A stretch of DNA of 62,644 bases, the filler included, from an uncultured Acidimicrobiia bacterium (GTDB taxonomy: Bacteria; Actinomycetota; Acidimicrobiia; Spongiisociales; JAOTWH01): NCBI GenBank assembly GCA_964347285.1. It is 22 parts of 22 records of this genome, joined end to end, with 100 filler letters (N's around TTAATTAATTAA, not from the genome) between each part and the next. Parts side by side here need not be neighbours in the genome. Positions count along the whole stretch, not along the records: positions 1 to 3,709 come from CAYFYE010000152.1; positions 3,810 to 7,253 come from CAYFYE010000153.1; positions 7,354 to 10,618 come from CAYFYE010000154.1; 19 more parts are not named here. The stretch is one strand, 5' to 3'. The position numbers and the translations under genes are program-made. Positions 1 through 9,464 of this stretch are shown one piece after another. The notes beneath the pieces were generated by a model that saw nothing but the letters and a program-made list of their open reading frames with translations, had not been told where the DNA came from and searched no databases. The first letter of the stretch is position 1; every line of letters starts with the position of its first letter.

Positions 1-613
1 CGTTGGTGGGATTGACGTAGAACTGGGGGTTGGCCACCCACCACTCGGTCCAGGTGCAGTCCCCGTCATCGTCGCACTGGTCGGCGTAGCCCGCGGTGCC
101 GGGCCCGATGTCGAAGGTGCCGCCCCAATCCCCGGGGTCGTCGAAGTCGGTGGCCCAATTGCCCGATCCGTCGGCGGTGACGGTGCGTCCGGCATCGCTG
201 CCGGGGACGTCGACCCGCACCTCGGAGCCGGGATCGGCGGTGCCCGACACCACGTTGGTATCGGGGTCGACGGAGATGACGCCCAGGTTGGTGACGGTGT
301 GGTCCTTGGCGGTGGGGCCGTCGGTGACCACCACCACGTTGCCGGCGGCGATGTCCAACTCGGCGGGATCGAAGCGGGCCTCAAAGTTGCCCCAGTCGTC
401 GGTGACGATGGGCTCACCGGGGACCGGCACGGCGTTGACGGTGACGGTCATGGTGGTGTTGGGCAGCCAATCGTTCCCGTTGAGGTACTCGTTCAGCGGA
501 TCGACGCCGAAGACCGGGTTGGCCACCTGAGCAGTGGCAGGAATGGGGGCCAGGAAGGCAATAGTCAACGTCACTACCACCGGGATCGAGTGAATTCGAG
601 TTGCCCTCTTCAT
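1..613 (-). CDS. Secreted protein with repeated beta-rich (Ig-like) module, 3'-partial; not in the ORF track
   Basis: Manual translation from ATG 613: MKRATRIHSIPVVVTLTIAFLAPIPATA-QVANPVFGVDPLNE...VSGTADPGSEV...TVTADGSGNW...WVANPQFYVNPTN. It has a signal peptide and an RBS (AGGAAGGA, 623-630), and stays open to the window edge. The VANPxFxVxPxN motif recurs. Confidence 0.8.
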   Translation of the reverse strand, partial: MKRATRIHSIPVVVTLTIAFLAPIPATAQVANPVFGVDPLNEYLNGNDWLPNTTMTVTVNAVPVPGEPIVTDDWGNFEARFDPAELDIAAGNVVVVTDGPTAKDHTVTNLGVISVDPDTNVVSGTADPGSEVRVDVPGSDAGRTVTADGSGNWATDFDDPGDWGGTFDIGPGTAGYADQCDDDGDCTWTEWWVANPQFYVNPTN

Positions 614-684
614 GACTGTCCGTCCTTCCTGCTAGCCCCTGGTTCCGCAGCCGAAGGTGATGTGTTCGCCCCCCAAACGCGCTG

Positions 685-709
685 AAGCCGGACCGCCTAG
701 GTCCGGCTT
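685..709. other. 10-bp perfect hairpin in the leader region of the secreted-protein gene
   Basis: AAGCCGGACC-GCCTA-GGTCCGGCTT. Confidence 0.45.
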
Positions 710-1080
710 TGTCCGTACGGCGAACGCGAGGAAGCCCCGCCCTCCCCCGGGAGCATCCTGACCCGGGAACGGGTCGACGGTTCCCTCCACCGTCCTCACC
801 CTCTCTCGTGCGCCCCACGAAGTAGAGTCGATGTCTTACTACGCAGAATATTACTACGTAAAGTGGTGACCAAGGACTCTCGCTGCTAGGGCCGAAAGTC
901 CCACCCAGCAGGGCCAAAAGTCCCGGAACGGGCCCATATCGCGCCCATCCGGCCACTTGGGGGAGCCGGCCTCCAGTAGCGGGCCGGCCGAGGCCTGCGG
1001 TGCTGATACGGTCGGTGGTCGACAAACGGTCGGCCGATCAAAACCCGCCGCCTCCAGCGCACGGATGCGACCCGGTGACT

Positions 1081-1111
1081 CCGTACGATCTCGGCTGCCG
1101 AGATCGTACGG
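1081..1111. repeat. 31-bp palindrome (15-bp perfect arms)
   Basis: CCGTACGATCTCGGC-T-GCCGAGATCGTACGG. Confidence 0.8.
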
Positions 1112-1524
1112 GTGCGTCCCGAGGACCCGATCTCGAAGGATCGAGAGCGCTGCTGCGTAGGCCGCTCCTCGGACTCCGTCATCGGGTCTGGATGTCCCCC
1201 CGGAAGTGTTCGGTCCCTTCGTGCTTGGAACTATGCGTCCCACCTCTGGCAGATACTCGGGCCCCGCCGCCTCGCGGACGGCCTCGGCGGCCTCTTTTCC
1301 GCGGATTCAGCTTGGCGGGTGTCGCTCCAGCGGCATGCCTTCCTGTCTGGGGCAGAGCCGAAAGATCCCTCACCGCAACCGGCGATCGACCATGGCGACC
1401 GGAGTACTCTTGACCCCCCGAGGCACGGCCGACCAAGATCGGCGGGCGAGGCCGAAGGCAAGGCAATCAACACGCACCGAGGACGTCCCCCAACCCGCAG
1501 CGGTGGGGAGAGAGGATTCAGACC

Positions 1525-2382
1525 ATGCGTGAGCAGATGACTGCACCGGCCGTGCAGGCCCGCAAGGGCGGGACCCGGCTGAAGATGACCACCTCCTACG
1601 ACGCTCCCTCCGCCCGGATCGCGGACCAGGCCGGAGCCGACATCATCCTTGTGGGTGACTCCGTGGCCAACGTCGTGCTCGGCTACGAAAACACGCTCGG
1701 GGTCACCGTGGACGACATGGTCCATCACACCGCTGCCGTCGCTCGAACCAAGCCGGCCGCCCTGATCGTGGCCGATATGCCGTGGATGAGCTACCACGTG
1801 TCACGGGAGGAAGCGGTGCGCAACGCCGGTCGGTTGGTACGCCAAGGCGGAGCCGGCGCCGTCAAGCTGGAGGGTGGCCGCAAGCGGATTCCGATGATCG
1901 AGGCGGTGCTCGACGCCGAGATCCCGGTGATGGGCCACCTCGGTCTCACCCCCCAGTCGGTGCACTCGATGGGCGGCTACCGGGTACAGGGCAAGGCGTT
2001 GGAGACGGCCCGAGAGCTGCTGGCGGACGCCAAGGCCCTCGACGCCGTCGGGATCTTCTCGCTCGTTCTGGAGGGGATGCCCGACGTGGTGGCCCGGCGC
2101 ATCACCGAAGAGATCTCGGTGCCGACGATCGGCATCGGCGCCGGACCGCACTGCGATGGCCAGGTATTGGTCATCCACGACGTGCTGGGTCTCGGCGAGG
2201 GGCCCGATCCCAAGTTCGTGCGCCGGTACGCCTCCCTGGCCGAGGACGCCGTCAAGGCGATGGAACGGTTCTTCGCCGACGTCGAGAGCGGTGCCTTTCC
2301 GGCCGAGGAGGAGACCTATCACATGCCCGAGGATGCGGCCGCCGCCCTCCTGGCCGAGGAGCACCAGTCCGCGCAGCCGTAG
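1525..2382 (+). CDS. panB: 3-methyl-2-oxobutanoate hydroxymethyltransferase
   Basis: Motifs TSYD, LVGDS, VADMP, VKLEGG, GHLGLTPQS, IGIGAG..CDGQVLV. Confidence 0.97.
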   Translation: MREQMTAPAVQARKGGTRLKMTTSYDAPSARIADQAGADIILVGDSVANVVLGYENTLGVTVDDMVHHTAAVARTKPAALIVADMPWMSYHVSREEAVRNAGRLVRQGGAGAVKLEGGRKRIPMIEAVLDAEIPVMGHLGLTPQSVHSMGGYRVQGKALETARELLADAKALDAVGIFSLVLEGMPDVVARRITEEISVPTIGIGAGPHCDGQVLVIHDVLGLGEGPDPKFVRRYASLAEDAVKAMERFFADVESGAFPAEEETYHMPEDAAAALLAEEHQSAQP

Positions 2383-2933
2383 CCCTCGTTCTGCTCGTCG
2401 CCGCCTGCGGCGATGACGCCTTGAAGACGGCGACAACCCTGTTGCCGGAAGTCGAGGAGCCGACCACGGCCACCCCGGGGACACCGGCGACCGTGCCTGC
2501 CCTTCCCTCGACGCTGGGGGACGTGGTGGGACCGGTGCCGGCGCTACGCGCTCCCGTCGAAGTGGCCGAGTTCGGGTTCGAGGAGGTCACCGTAGCCGGT
2601 GAGGCGTGGCTGGTGGCGGTGGCCGATACCAAGCCGGAACGGTTTCAGGGCCTGCGCCGCGTCGACGACTTGTTGGATCTGGACGGGATGTTGTTCGTCT
2701 ACGACGAGGAAATGGAAAGAGTCTTCACCATGCGCACCGTTCCCATCCCGTTGGAGATCGGCTTCTTCGACGGTCGGGGCCGCCTCTTCGAAGTATTGCG
2801 AATGGAGCGGTGCGGCGACTCCACCGACTGCCCTACCTACCGAGCGAGCGCCCCCTTTCGCTGGGCCGTCGAGACCGAAGTGGGACGGTGGCGCGGCGTG
2901 CCGATCGGCTCGACCCTGACGCGGGAAAACTAA
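2367..2933 (+). CDS. DUF192-domain lipoprotein (start codon non-canonical or uncertain)
   Basis: VRAAVALVLLVAAC lipobox, Thr/Pro linker, then VADT..ER..GL...GMLFVY...FTM..V.IPLEIGFFD (DUF192-like). AGGAG at 2357-2361 precedes GTC 2367. Confidence 0.8.
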   Translation, partial: VRAAVALVLLVAACGDDALKTATTLLPEVEEPTTATPGTPATVPALPSTLGDVVGPVPALRAPVEVAEFGFEEVTVAGEAWLVAVADTKPERFQGLRRVDDLLDLDGMLFVYDEEMERVFTMRTVPIPLEIGFFDGRGRLFEVLRMERCGDSTDCPTYRASAPFRWAVETEVGRWRGVPIGSTLTREN

Positions 2934-2969
2934 CCACCGGCTCGGGGTGACACCGGCCGCCGCCGTGCG

Positions 2970-3043
2970 TACAATGCCGGTCCTTCCCCGACCTACCTGC
3001 CCTTACGGGGGCCGACCGTACAGCGCGGTCGTCCGAAGGAGGT
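2970..3043 (+). promoter_or_regulatory. rpsF promoter (-10 TACAAT) and probable S6:S18-type autoregulatory leader
   Basis: TACAAT 2970-2975. ACCTACCT 2991-2998 can pair with AGGAGGT 3037-3043. Hairpin CGACCG/CGGTCG at 3013-3031, with CCG just before the SD, as in rpsF leaders. Confidence 0.55.
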
Positions 3044-3054
3044 GAACAGGACAC

Positions 3055-3375
3055 ATGCGTGTCTATGAGCTGATGGTGATCCATCGGCCCGAACTGGCAG
3101 AGACCGACGTGCGAGCGGGGATCTCCCAGATGGAAGAAACGCTCCGAGGCGGAGGAGCAGAGGTGAAGGACACCGATTTTTGGGGCAAGCGTCGCTTCGC
3201 GTACGAGATCGACCACCTCACCGAGGGCTACTACACCGTCCTCACCTTTGCCTCCGAACCCGAAGCGGTGGCCGGCCTCGACCGATCGTTGGGGCTGGCC
3301 GACGAGGTGGTTCGTCACAAGTTCGTCCGTCTGGAGCACCTCGACGCAGCAAACGTGTCACAGCCGACTGATTGA
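3055..3375 (+). CDS. rpsF: 30S ribosomal protein S6
   Basis: MRVYELMVI...[10 protein letters not shown]...EGYY. Confidence 0.97.
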   Translation: MRVYELMVIHRPELAETDVRAGISQMEETLRGGGAEVKDTDFWGKRRFAYEIDHLTEGYYTVLTFASEPEAVAGLDRSLGLADEVVRHKFVRLEHLDAANVSQPTD

Positions 3376-3482
3376 ATGAACGTGGGCCGACCCGGAGTCG
3401 GCCCGACAGAGTGCGCCGGTTCCCCCGCGGGAACGGCGGTGCAGGCGCCGCCAGGCGCAGAGTGAGAGTGATAGGGAAGAGA

Positions 3483-3709
3483 ATGAGTGCGAACACGGTC
3501 ACACTGATTGGAAACCTGGTCGACGATCCCGAGCTGCGGTTCACCCCCTCTGGAGTGGCCATGGCCAAGATCCGCCTCGCCGTGAACCGGCGCTATCAAC
3601 GCAACGGCGAATGGCAGGAGGAGACGAACTTCTTCACCGGCACGCTGTGGCGGGATGCTGCCGAAAATGCCGCCGAATCCCTGCAGAAGGGGATGCGAGT
3701 GATCGTTAC
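3483..3709 (+). CDS. ssb: Single-stranded DNA-binding protein, 3'-partial
   Basis: [23 protein letters not shown]...LAVNRR; follows rpsF. Confidence 0.95.
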
Positions 3710-3809
3710 NNNNNNNNNNNNNNNNNNNNNNNNNNNNNNNNNNNNNNNNNNNNTTAATTAATTAANNNNNNNNNNNNNNNNNNNNNNNNNNNNNNNNNNN
3801 NNNNNNNNN
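3710..3809. other. Artificial contig-joining spacer (first of 21)
   Basis: N44-TTAATTAATTAA-N44. The same spacer starts at 7254, 10619, 13940, 17150, 20347, 23440, 26520, 29584, 32538, 35360, 38152, 40929, 43698, 46460, 49122, 51453, 53747, 56041, 58270 and 60480. There are also 10-N scaffold gaps at 44641 and 45006. Confidence 0.99.
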
Positions 3810-3810
3810 G

Positions 3811-5205
3811 CCGGCCTCCGCCGCGGCCGACCACTTCTCTTCCTGCCCTTCCGGGTATGTGGCCTTTACCTTCGACGATGGGCCCTATCCCGGTCGCACC
3901 GATGCCGTCCTCGACGCGCTGGCCGCCTGGGACGCCAAGGCCACCTTCTTCGTCAACGGTCACAAGATCGATCGCTATCCGGGAACCCTGCAGCGCATTG
4001 CCGCCGAAGGCCACCTCGTCGCCAACCACACCTGGGGCCACGCCACGCTGACGCTCCAGCCGGATTACCAGGTGGAACTTCAGATCCTCACCAACGTCGA
4101 TTCGGCGGCCGCCGCGGCTGTCGACATGGCACCGCTGCTGCGCCCCCCGTCCGGAGCGATCGACTCGAGGGTCCGGGCCATCGTCGAGGGCATGGGCATG
4201 GCGGTGGTCATGTGGAGCGTCGATCCTCAGGACTGGCGGGGCCACTCATCGGCCTTCCTGGCCAGCCATACTTTGAGCCGCCTCCAGCCGGGGGCCAACG
4301 TCGTCTTTCACGACGGCAGCCCGGCGTCCAACGTGGCGGCCGCCCTGCCGATCATCCTGTCCGGCATGGCCGATCGGGGCTTCTGCCCTGGGCTCCTCGA
4401 CGATGCCGGCGAAGTGGTGCCGGCATTCGATCCCGAGTCGCTGCCATACGACCCCGGACCGACGTGCGTCGGCCCCCACCCCTGTGATCGCCTCGGCTTC
4501 ATGGACGGCTCTGCCGGTTGGCATGTCAGGCAGGCAATGGCCACGGACGCGGCCGTCACCACGGTGCTCTTCGGCGATCCCGGGGACACTCCGCTCGTCG
4601 GGGACTGGAACTGCGACGGCATCGATACTCCCGGGGTCTACCGACCGGCCCGAGGCCAAGTCTTCCTGCGCGACGCCAGCACCTCGGGCATGGCCGACAC
4701 GATTTTCGCCATCGGCGACCGCGGCGACCTACCGCTGGCGGGCGACTGGGACGGCGACGGCTGTGACACCGTGTCGGTGTTCCGGCCCTCCACGCAGCAG
4801 TTCTTCGTCTTCGACCGGCTGGCCGCGGGCGGTGCCGGTATCGGTGCTGCCGACGCCGTATTCACCTTCGGCAACCCGGGCGACCGGCCGTTCGCCGGGG
4901 ATCTCGACGGAGATGGTGTCGACGAAGTAGCTCTCCACCGGCCGACGACGGGGCGGGTGTACTACCGGGAAACGCTCAGCACCGGTGCCGCCGACCGCGA
5001 CTACCACTTCGGCAACCCGGGGGACATCATCAGGGCGGGAGACTGGGACGGCGACGGCCGGGACACCCTGGTGGCCTATCGCCCCGCCTTTGGCCTGTGG
5101 TACCTCAAGACCACCAACGGACCGGGGAGCGCCGACCACGTTCTCTGGTTCGGCAACACCAGGGGGCCCACGATCCCGGTCGTGGGCTCCTTCGGGATCG
5201 GCTGA
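3811..5205 (+). CDS. Polysaccharide deacetylase (CE4/NodB) fused to FG-GAP-like GDW(D/N)xDG repeats, 5'-partial
   Basis: TFDDGP, NHTWGH, RPPSG, DPQDW and VFHD motifs. Four repeats of FG(D/N)xGDxPxxGD(W/L)xxDGxDT. The frame is open to the contig edge. Confidence 0.9.
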   Translation, partial: PASAAADHFSSCPSGYVAFTFDDGPYPGRTDAVLDALAAWDAKATFFVNGHKIDRYPGTLQRIAAEGHLVANHTWGHATLTLQPDYQVELQILTNVDSAAAAAVDMAPLLRPPSGAIDSRVRAIVEGMGMAVVMWSVDPQDWRGHSSAFLASHTLSRLQPGANVVFHDGSPASNVAAALPIILSGMADRGFCPGLLDDAGEVVPAFDPESLPYDPGPTCVGPHPCDRLGFMDGSAGWHVRQAMATDAAVTTVLFGDPGDTPLVGDWNCDGIDTPGVYRPARGQVFLRDASTSGMADTIFAIGDRGDLPLAGDWDGDGCDTVSVFRPSTQQFFVFDRLAAGGAGIGAADAVFTFGNPGDRPFAGDLDGDGVDEVALHRPTTGRVYYRETLSTGAADRDYHFGNPGDIIRAGDWDGDGRDTLVAYRPAFGLWYLKTTNGPGSADHVLWFGNTRGPTIPVVGSFGIG

Positions 5206-5379
5206 GCGGCGCCGCCCGACTGGCGTCCCGGGAACGAACCGGCGAGCAGCCGGTCGGCCTTTTGTCACTCTCAACCGCTTTCTTGGATGGTCGCGAAAGA
5301 TTTCCACGTCGCGCCTCTGTCGGTGGTCCCGGCGACCTGATACATCAACACTCGCCTACACCGACGTGGAGGTGCGCTC

Positions 5380-5682
5380 ATCGTCGACCCGCTCCGCCAC
5401 CCCGACCTGGCCCGCCTGGGCCGCCGCCTTCGGGAGCAGCTCGACGAGACCCTCGATGCCGAACAACACGCCGCCCGCGCGGCGACCCGTCGGCGGCGCT
5501 CGCTTCGTGACGTGTTCCTCGAGGCCGAGGATCGCGGAGCACTTGCGATCGTGTCGAGCGCCGACGGACAGCTCTATCGGGGGATCGTGCGTGCGGTCGG
5601 CATTGACCACGTGATGCTCGACGATGCCGGCGTGGAGCGATTCGTGGCGCTGAGCTACGTCAGCGGACTGGAGGTCCGCTGA
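5380..5682 (+). CDS. Hypothetical protein (100 aa) upstream of the SAF/CpaB gene; probable ATC start; not in the ORF track
   Basis: IVDPLRHPDLARLGRRLREQLDETLDAEQ...GIVRAVGIDHVML...VALSYVSGLEVR*. SD GGAGGT at 5368-5373; TGATG overlap with the next gene. Confidence 0.75.
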   Translation: MVDPLRHPDLARLGRRLREQLDETLDAEQHAARAATRRRRSLRDVFLEAEDRGALAIVSSADGQLYRGIVRAVGIDHVMLDDAGVERFVALSYVSGLEVR

Positions 5683-6302
5683 TGGCCCTGACCGGTCTGC
5701 GCGACGCCCTCGCCGTGCCGCGACTGAACCGCCGGACGCTACTCGGCGTCGCCCTGGCGGCAACGGCCGGGTTCCTGGTCCTCATCCTCACCCGCCCGGC
5801 GCCGACCATGCAGGTTCTGGTGGCGGCCGACGACATACCTGCCGGAACTCCGTTGGATGAGGGCCTGGTCACGACAAGGGCCGTCTCCTCCGCGCGTGGG
5901 CTGGTCGAAAGCGGCTCTCTCGGGGAGCTCGTCGGCTGGAGCTTGGTGGTACCGCTGGCGGCCGGCGAACCTCTCCTCCCGTCGCTGCTCGAGCCTCCGC
6001 AGGTCGCCGAGGCCGGTGCGGTGCTGTCGGTAGTCCTGGAGGAGTCGCATGCCGCCCTTGGTCGTATTGGGGCCGGCGACGAGGTAGATATCTACGTGAC
6101 GTGGCAGGGGTCGACCGGTGAGCCACGGACCACCGAGCTGCTGGCCGCTGGGGTGTATGTCGTCGACGCGATGACGGGCGACGGATATCTGGCCGGGGGA
6201 GATCAGGTGCAGGTCCTGGTGGCCGTCGACGATGCCCTCGCACTGGATTTGACTCGAGCGGGGCGACTGGGCGAGCTGGACATGGTCCGGAAGACGCCGT
6301 GA
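5682..6302 (+). CDS. SAF-domain / CpaB(RcpC)-like Flp pilus assembly protein
   Basis: N-terminal TM, VLVAADDIPAGTPL (SAF), IGAGDEVDIYVT. Confidence 0.8.
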   Translation: MALTGLRDALAVPRLNRRTLLGVALAATAGFLVLILTRPAPTMQVLVAADDIPAGTPLDEGLVTTRAVSSARGLVESGSLGELVGWSLVVPLAAGEPLLPSLLEPPQVAEAGAVLSVVLEESHAALGRIGAGDEVDIYVTWQGSTGEPRTTELLAAGVYVVDAMTGDGYLAGGDQVQVLVAVDDALALDLTRAGRLGELDMVRKTP

Positions 6303-7253
6303 CCCCGCGAGTCGCCACCGTCCTCTCGGCACGAGAGTGGGAAGCAGCACTAGTTGCGCTGGCGCGCGAAACGGCGGCGGTGCGCCTGGTCTTGCGGGCC
6401 TACCAGCCTTCGGACATAGAGCGTCAGCGCGAAGAGATCGACCTCGTCGTTGCCGGCGCCGAGACGAGTTGGCTGACTCCTGCGGTGCTGGCGGGATGGC
6501 GGCGTATCGGCTTGTCGGTGGTCGGCATCTACCCGGCGGGCGACCGTCCGGCAAGAGATCTCCTCGAGGCCGGGGAAGTGGATGAAGTGATATCAGATGA
6601 CCATCCCCCGTCCGACATCCTGCAGACGATTCGCTTCCTGCACCCGGGGCGGGGACGACCACGAGGCAAGGCGTCCGGCCGCCTGGTCGCGGTGACGGGA
6701 GGTCGAGGAGCTCCGGGCCGCACCGAGGTTGCCCTGGCTTTGTCGTGGAACATGGCCGCTTCTCGATCGGTGCTGTTGATCGACGCCGATCTCGAAGGAC
6801 CGTCACTCGCAATTCGGGCTGGATGCCCACCCCGACCTGACATCACCGATGCTGCCGATGCAGTACGGAACGACGGGTGGCTTGCTCCCGCAGCCATCCA
6901 TCGTTTCGGCAACGTCCGGCTGATTGTCGGTTCACACCGGCCCGGCGAGCCACTGCTGCGGGAAAGCCTTGTCGAGGACGTCGTCGAGGCCTCGCTCGGA
7001 TCGGTCGACGTAGTCGTGGTCGATCTCGGTCCTCATCCCGCGGGCCGGGGAATCGTGAAGCGTGCCGATCAAGCGGTGGTTGTTGTGGACTCGACCGCTA
7101 CAGGTCTCGTACGCGCTGCGCGCCTGGTCGACGATTGGGCCGGGCCGCCCCCCGTCCTGGTGCTCAATCGAGTTCCCAAAGGGGGATCTCAAGATGTCGT
7201 CGAGGCGGCGAGGCGGTGGACGGGCCTCGAGCCGGCTGCCCTGCTCCGAGACC
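6299..7253 (+). CDS. CpaE/MinD-like P-loop ATPase with degenerate receiver domain, 3'-partial
   Basis: LVAVTGGRGAPGRTEVA, LLIDADL, VVVDLG; coupled to the SAF gene (tad-like locus). Confidence 0.8.
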
Positions 7254-7353
7254 NNNNNNNNNNNNNNNNNNNNNNNNNNNNNNNNNNNNNNNNNNNNTTA
7301 ATTAATTAANNNNNNNNNNNNNNNNNNNNNNNNNNNNNNNNNNNNNNNNNNNN

Positions 7354-7603
7354 CGTGACAGCGAAAAGTACGGTTCGGGGCGAACTCCCCGAGCTTGTGG
7401 CCGACCATGGACTCGGTGATGTAGATCGGGACGTGTTTGCGCCCGTCGTGCACCGCAATCGTCAGACCGACCATTTCGGGAATGATCGTCGAGCGCCGGC
7501 TCCAAGTCCTGATGACCCGCTTGTCGCCGGAGCGGCTGGCCCGCTCCACTTTGCGGAGCAAGTGCTCATCCACGAACGGACCCTTCTTCAAGCTGCGACC
7601 CAC
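7354..7603 (-). CDS. rpsS: 30S ribosomal protein S19, 3'-partial
   Basis: [11 protein letters not shown]...TWSRRSTI...[10 protein letters not shown]. Confidence 0.97.
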
Positions 7604-7606
7604 CGG

Positions 7607-8437
7607 CTACCTCCGCTTCCTCGTCCGGCGGCGAACGATCATCCGGTTGCTCGCCTTGTTCTTCTTCCGGGTCCGGCCCTCGGGCTTGCCCCACGGGCTC
7701 ACCGGATGCCGGCCGCCCGAACTCTTGCCTTCACCGCCGCCCAGCGGGTGATCGACCGGATTCATCGCCACCCCTCTCGTCTGGGGGCGCCGGCCCCTGT
7801 GGCGACTCCGACCCGCCTTGCCCAGCTTCACGAGCTCTGCTTCCGGATTGCCCACCTGGCCGACTGTGGCCCGACAATCGAGCGGAACCATCCGCACCTC
7901 ACCCGAGGGGAGTCGCAGCAGGGCCCGGCTGGCCTCCTTCGACATGAGCTGGATTGCAGCCCCGGCGGAACGTCCCATCTTGGCGCCGCCTCCGGGACGG
8001 AGTTCGACGGCATGGACCAGCGTTCCGGCCGGGATGTTGCGCAGCGGCAGGGCGTTGCCGGGTCGGATCTCGGCGCCCGAGCCGGACATGAGGAGGTCGC
8101 CGACGCCGACTCCCACCGGAGCGAGGATGTAACGCTTGTCGCCGTCGACGTAGTGGAGCAGGGCGATCCGGGAATTTCGGTTGGGGTCGTACTCGATGGA
8201 CACCACCTTGGCCGGAACATCATCCTTGCTCCGTCGAAAGTCCACCTGGCGGTAGCGCCGTTTGTGGCCCCCGCCCCGATGGCGCGAGGTGATTCGCCCC
8301 TTCGTGTTGCGGCCGCTGGAACGCTTCTTGCCCTTGGTCAGAGCCTTCTCGGGCCGGACGGTGTTGATCTCGGCGAAGTCGGCCACGGTCTGGAACCGCC
8401 GGGCAGGTGATGTGGGCTTCTGTTTGCGCACCGGCAT
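7607..8437 (-). CDS. rplB: 50S ribosomal protein L2
   Basis: [37 protein letters not shown]; start set at MPVRK. Confidence 0.98.
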   Translation of the reverse strand: MPVRKQKPTSPARRFQTVADFAEINTVRPEKALTKGKKRSSGRNTKGRITSRHRGGGHKRRYRQVDFRRSKDDVPAKVVSIEYDPNRNSRIALLHYVDGDKRYILAPVGVGVGDLLMSGSGAEIRPGNALPLRNIPAGTLVHAVELRPGGGAKMGRSAGAAIQLMSKEASRALLRLPSGEVRMVPLDCRATVGQVGNPEAELVKLGKAGRSRHRGRRPQTRGVAMNPVDHPLGGGEGKSSGGRHPVSPWGKPEGRTRKKNKASNRMIVRRRTRKRR

Positions 8438-8439
8438 CA

Positions 8440-8733
8440 CTACACCCCAAACACGTCGATACTGTGGCCGGGCGGAAGCTTGACGAGGGCCCGCTTCGTG
8501 GTCTTGCGGCGGCCGACCACCCAGCCGGTCCGCTTGAGCTTGCCCTTGCGGACCTGGACGTTCACCTTCTCGACGTCCACCCCGAAGATCTCCTCGATGG
8601 CGCCGCGGATCTCGGTCTTGTTGGCGCGCCGGTCGACCAGGAACGTATAGGTGTTGTGGTCTTCGATCAGGTCGTACGACTTCTCGGAGACGACCGGCTC
8701 GAAGATGATGTCGCGGGGATCCTTGGTCTTCAT
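8440..8733 (-). CDS. rplW: 50S ribosomal protein L23
   Basis: PVVSEKS...YTFLVD..ANKTEI. Confidence 0.96.
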   Translation of the reverse strand: MKTKDPRDIIFEPVVSEKSYDLIEDHNTYTFLVDRRANKTEIRGAIEEIFGVDVEKVNVQVRKGKLKRTGWVVGRRKTTKRALVKLPPGHSIDVFGV

Positions 8734-9464
8734 GCGGTCTCGCCCCCTTCATCGGATTCTTCGTCTCGAGCATTCCCGGAGGGAGGTTGGGTGCCCGCCG
8801 GCCCTTCCATTACGAAGTCCTCGTCGGTCACGTCGTACGTGGCCCCGGAGAGGGCAGACAGAGTGCTCTGGGTGAAGACGATCGTCTCGGCCCACAGCAC
8901 GTCGTAGGTGTTGAGCCGGCCGACCTCGAGGATCCTCACCCGGGGCAGATTGGCGAAGGAGCGGGCAGCCACCTCGTCACCGTTCTCGAACACCAGCACC
9001 GCTTTGTCGCCGGCGCCGATGGCTTCGAGGAGATCCACGGCCCGCTTGGTCTTCGGCTCGTCCCAGTCGAAGCGCTCGATGACTCTGACTTGATCGGACG
9101 CGGCACGAGTCGACAAGGCGCTGTGGAGGGCCAACCGTTTCATCTTCTTGGGGGTTCGCTGGGCATAGCTCCGTGGAATCGGACCGAACACCGTGCCACC
9201 CCCTCGCCATTGCGGCGAGCGGATCGATCCGTGCCGGGCCCGACCCAGGCCCTTCTGCCGCCACGGCTTGCGGCCGCCGCCGCGTACCTCGCTGCGCTTC
9301 TTGGTCTTGGCGCTGCCGGAGCGGGCCGCGGCGAGCTGAGCAGTGACCACCTGATGCATCACCGCGACGTTGGGTTCGATGCCGAACACGTGGGCGTCGA
9401 GCTCGACCGAACCCTGTTCGGCCCCGTCGGAGGCGTACAGCTTGGCCTTGCGTACCTCAGCCAT
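8730..9464 (-). CDS. rplD: 50S ribosomal protein L4 (acidic C-terminal tail)
   Basis: [34 protein letters not shown]. Confidence 0.97.
   Translation of the reverse strand: MAEVRKAKLYASDGAEQGSVELDAHVFGIEPNVAVMHQVVTAQLAAARSGSAKTKKRSEVRGGGRKPWRQKGLGRARHGSIRSPQWRGGGTVFGPIPRSYAQRTPKKMKRLALHSALSTRAASDQVRVIERFDWDEPKTKRAVDLLEAIGAGDKAVLVFENGDEVAARSFANLPRVRILEVGRLNTYDVLWAETIVFTQSTLSALSGATYDVTDEDFVMEGPAGTQPPSGNARDEESDEGGETA

Noticed and set aside
656..695. GGTGATGTGTTCGCC...AAACGC resembling a fluoride riboswitch 5' half
   Set aside because: It is one nt short in the loop, lacks the downstream GCTRATGAC...TAC pseudoknot strand, and has no fluoride-related gene downstream.
1400..1524. Possible pan RNA motif upstream of panB
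   Set aside because: Only short GC hairpins; the characteristic bulged stems could not be built by eye. It needs cmscan.
7354..7385. S19 reading PNRTFRCH instead of the usual PTRTFRGH
   Set aside because: It lies in the last 30 nt of a contig, so low-coverage errors are likelier than real substitutions.
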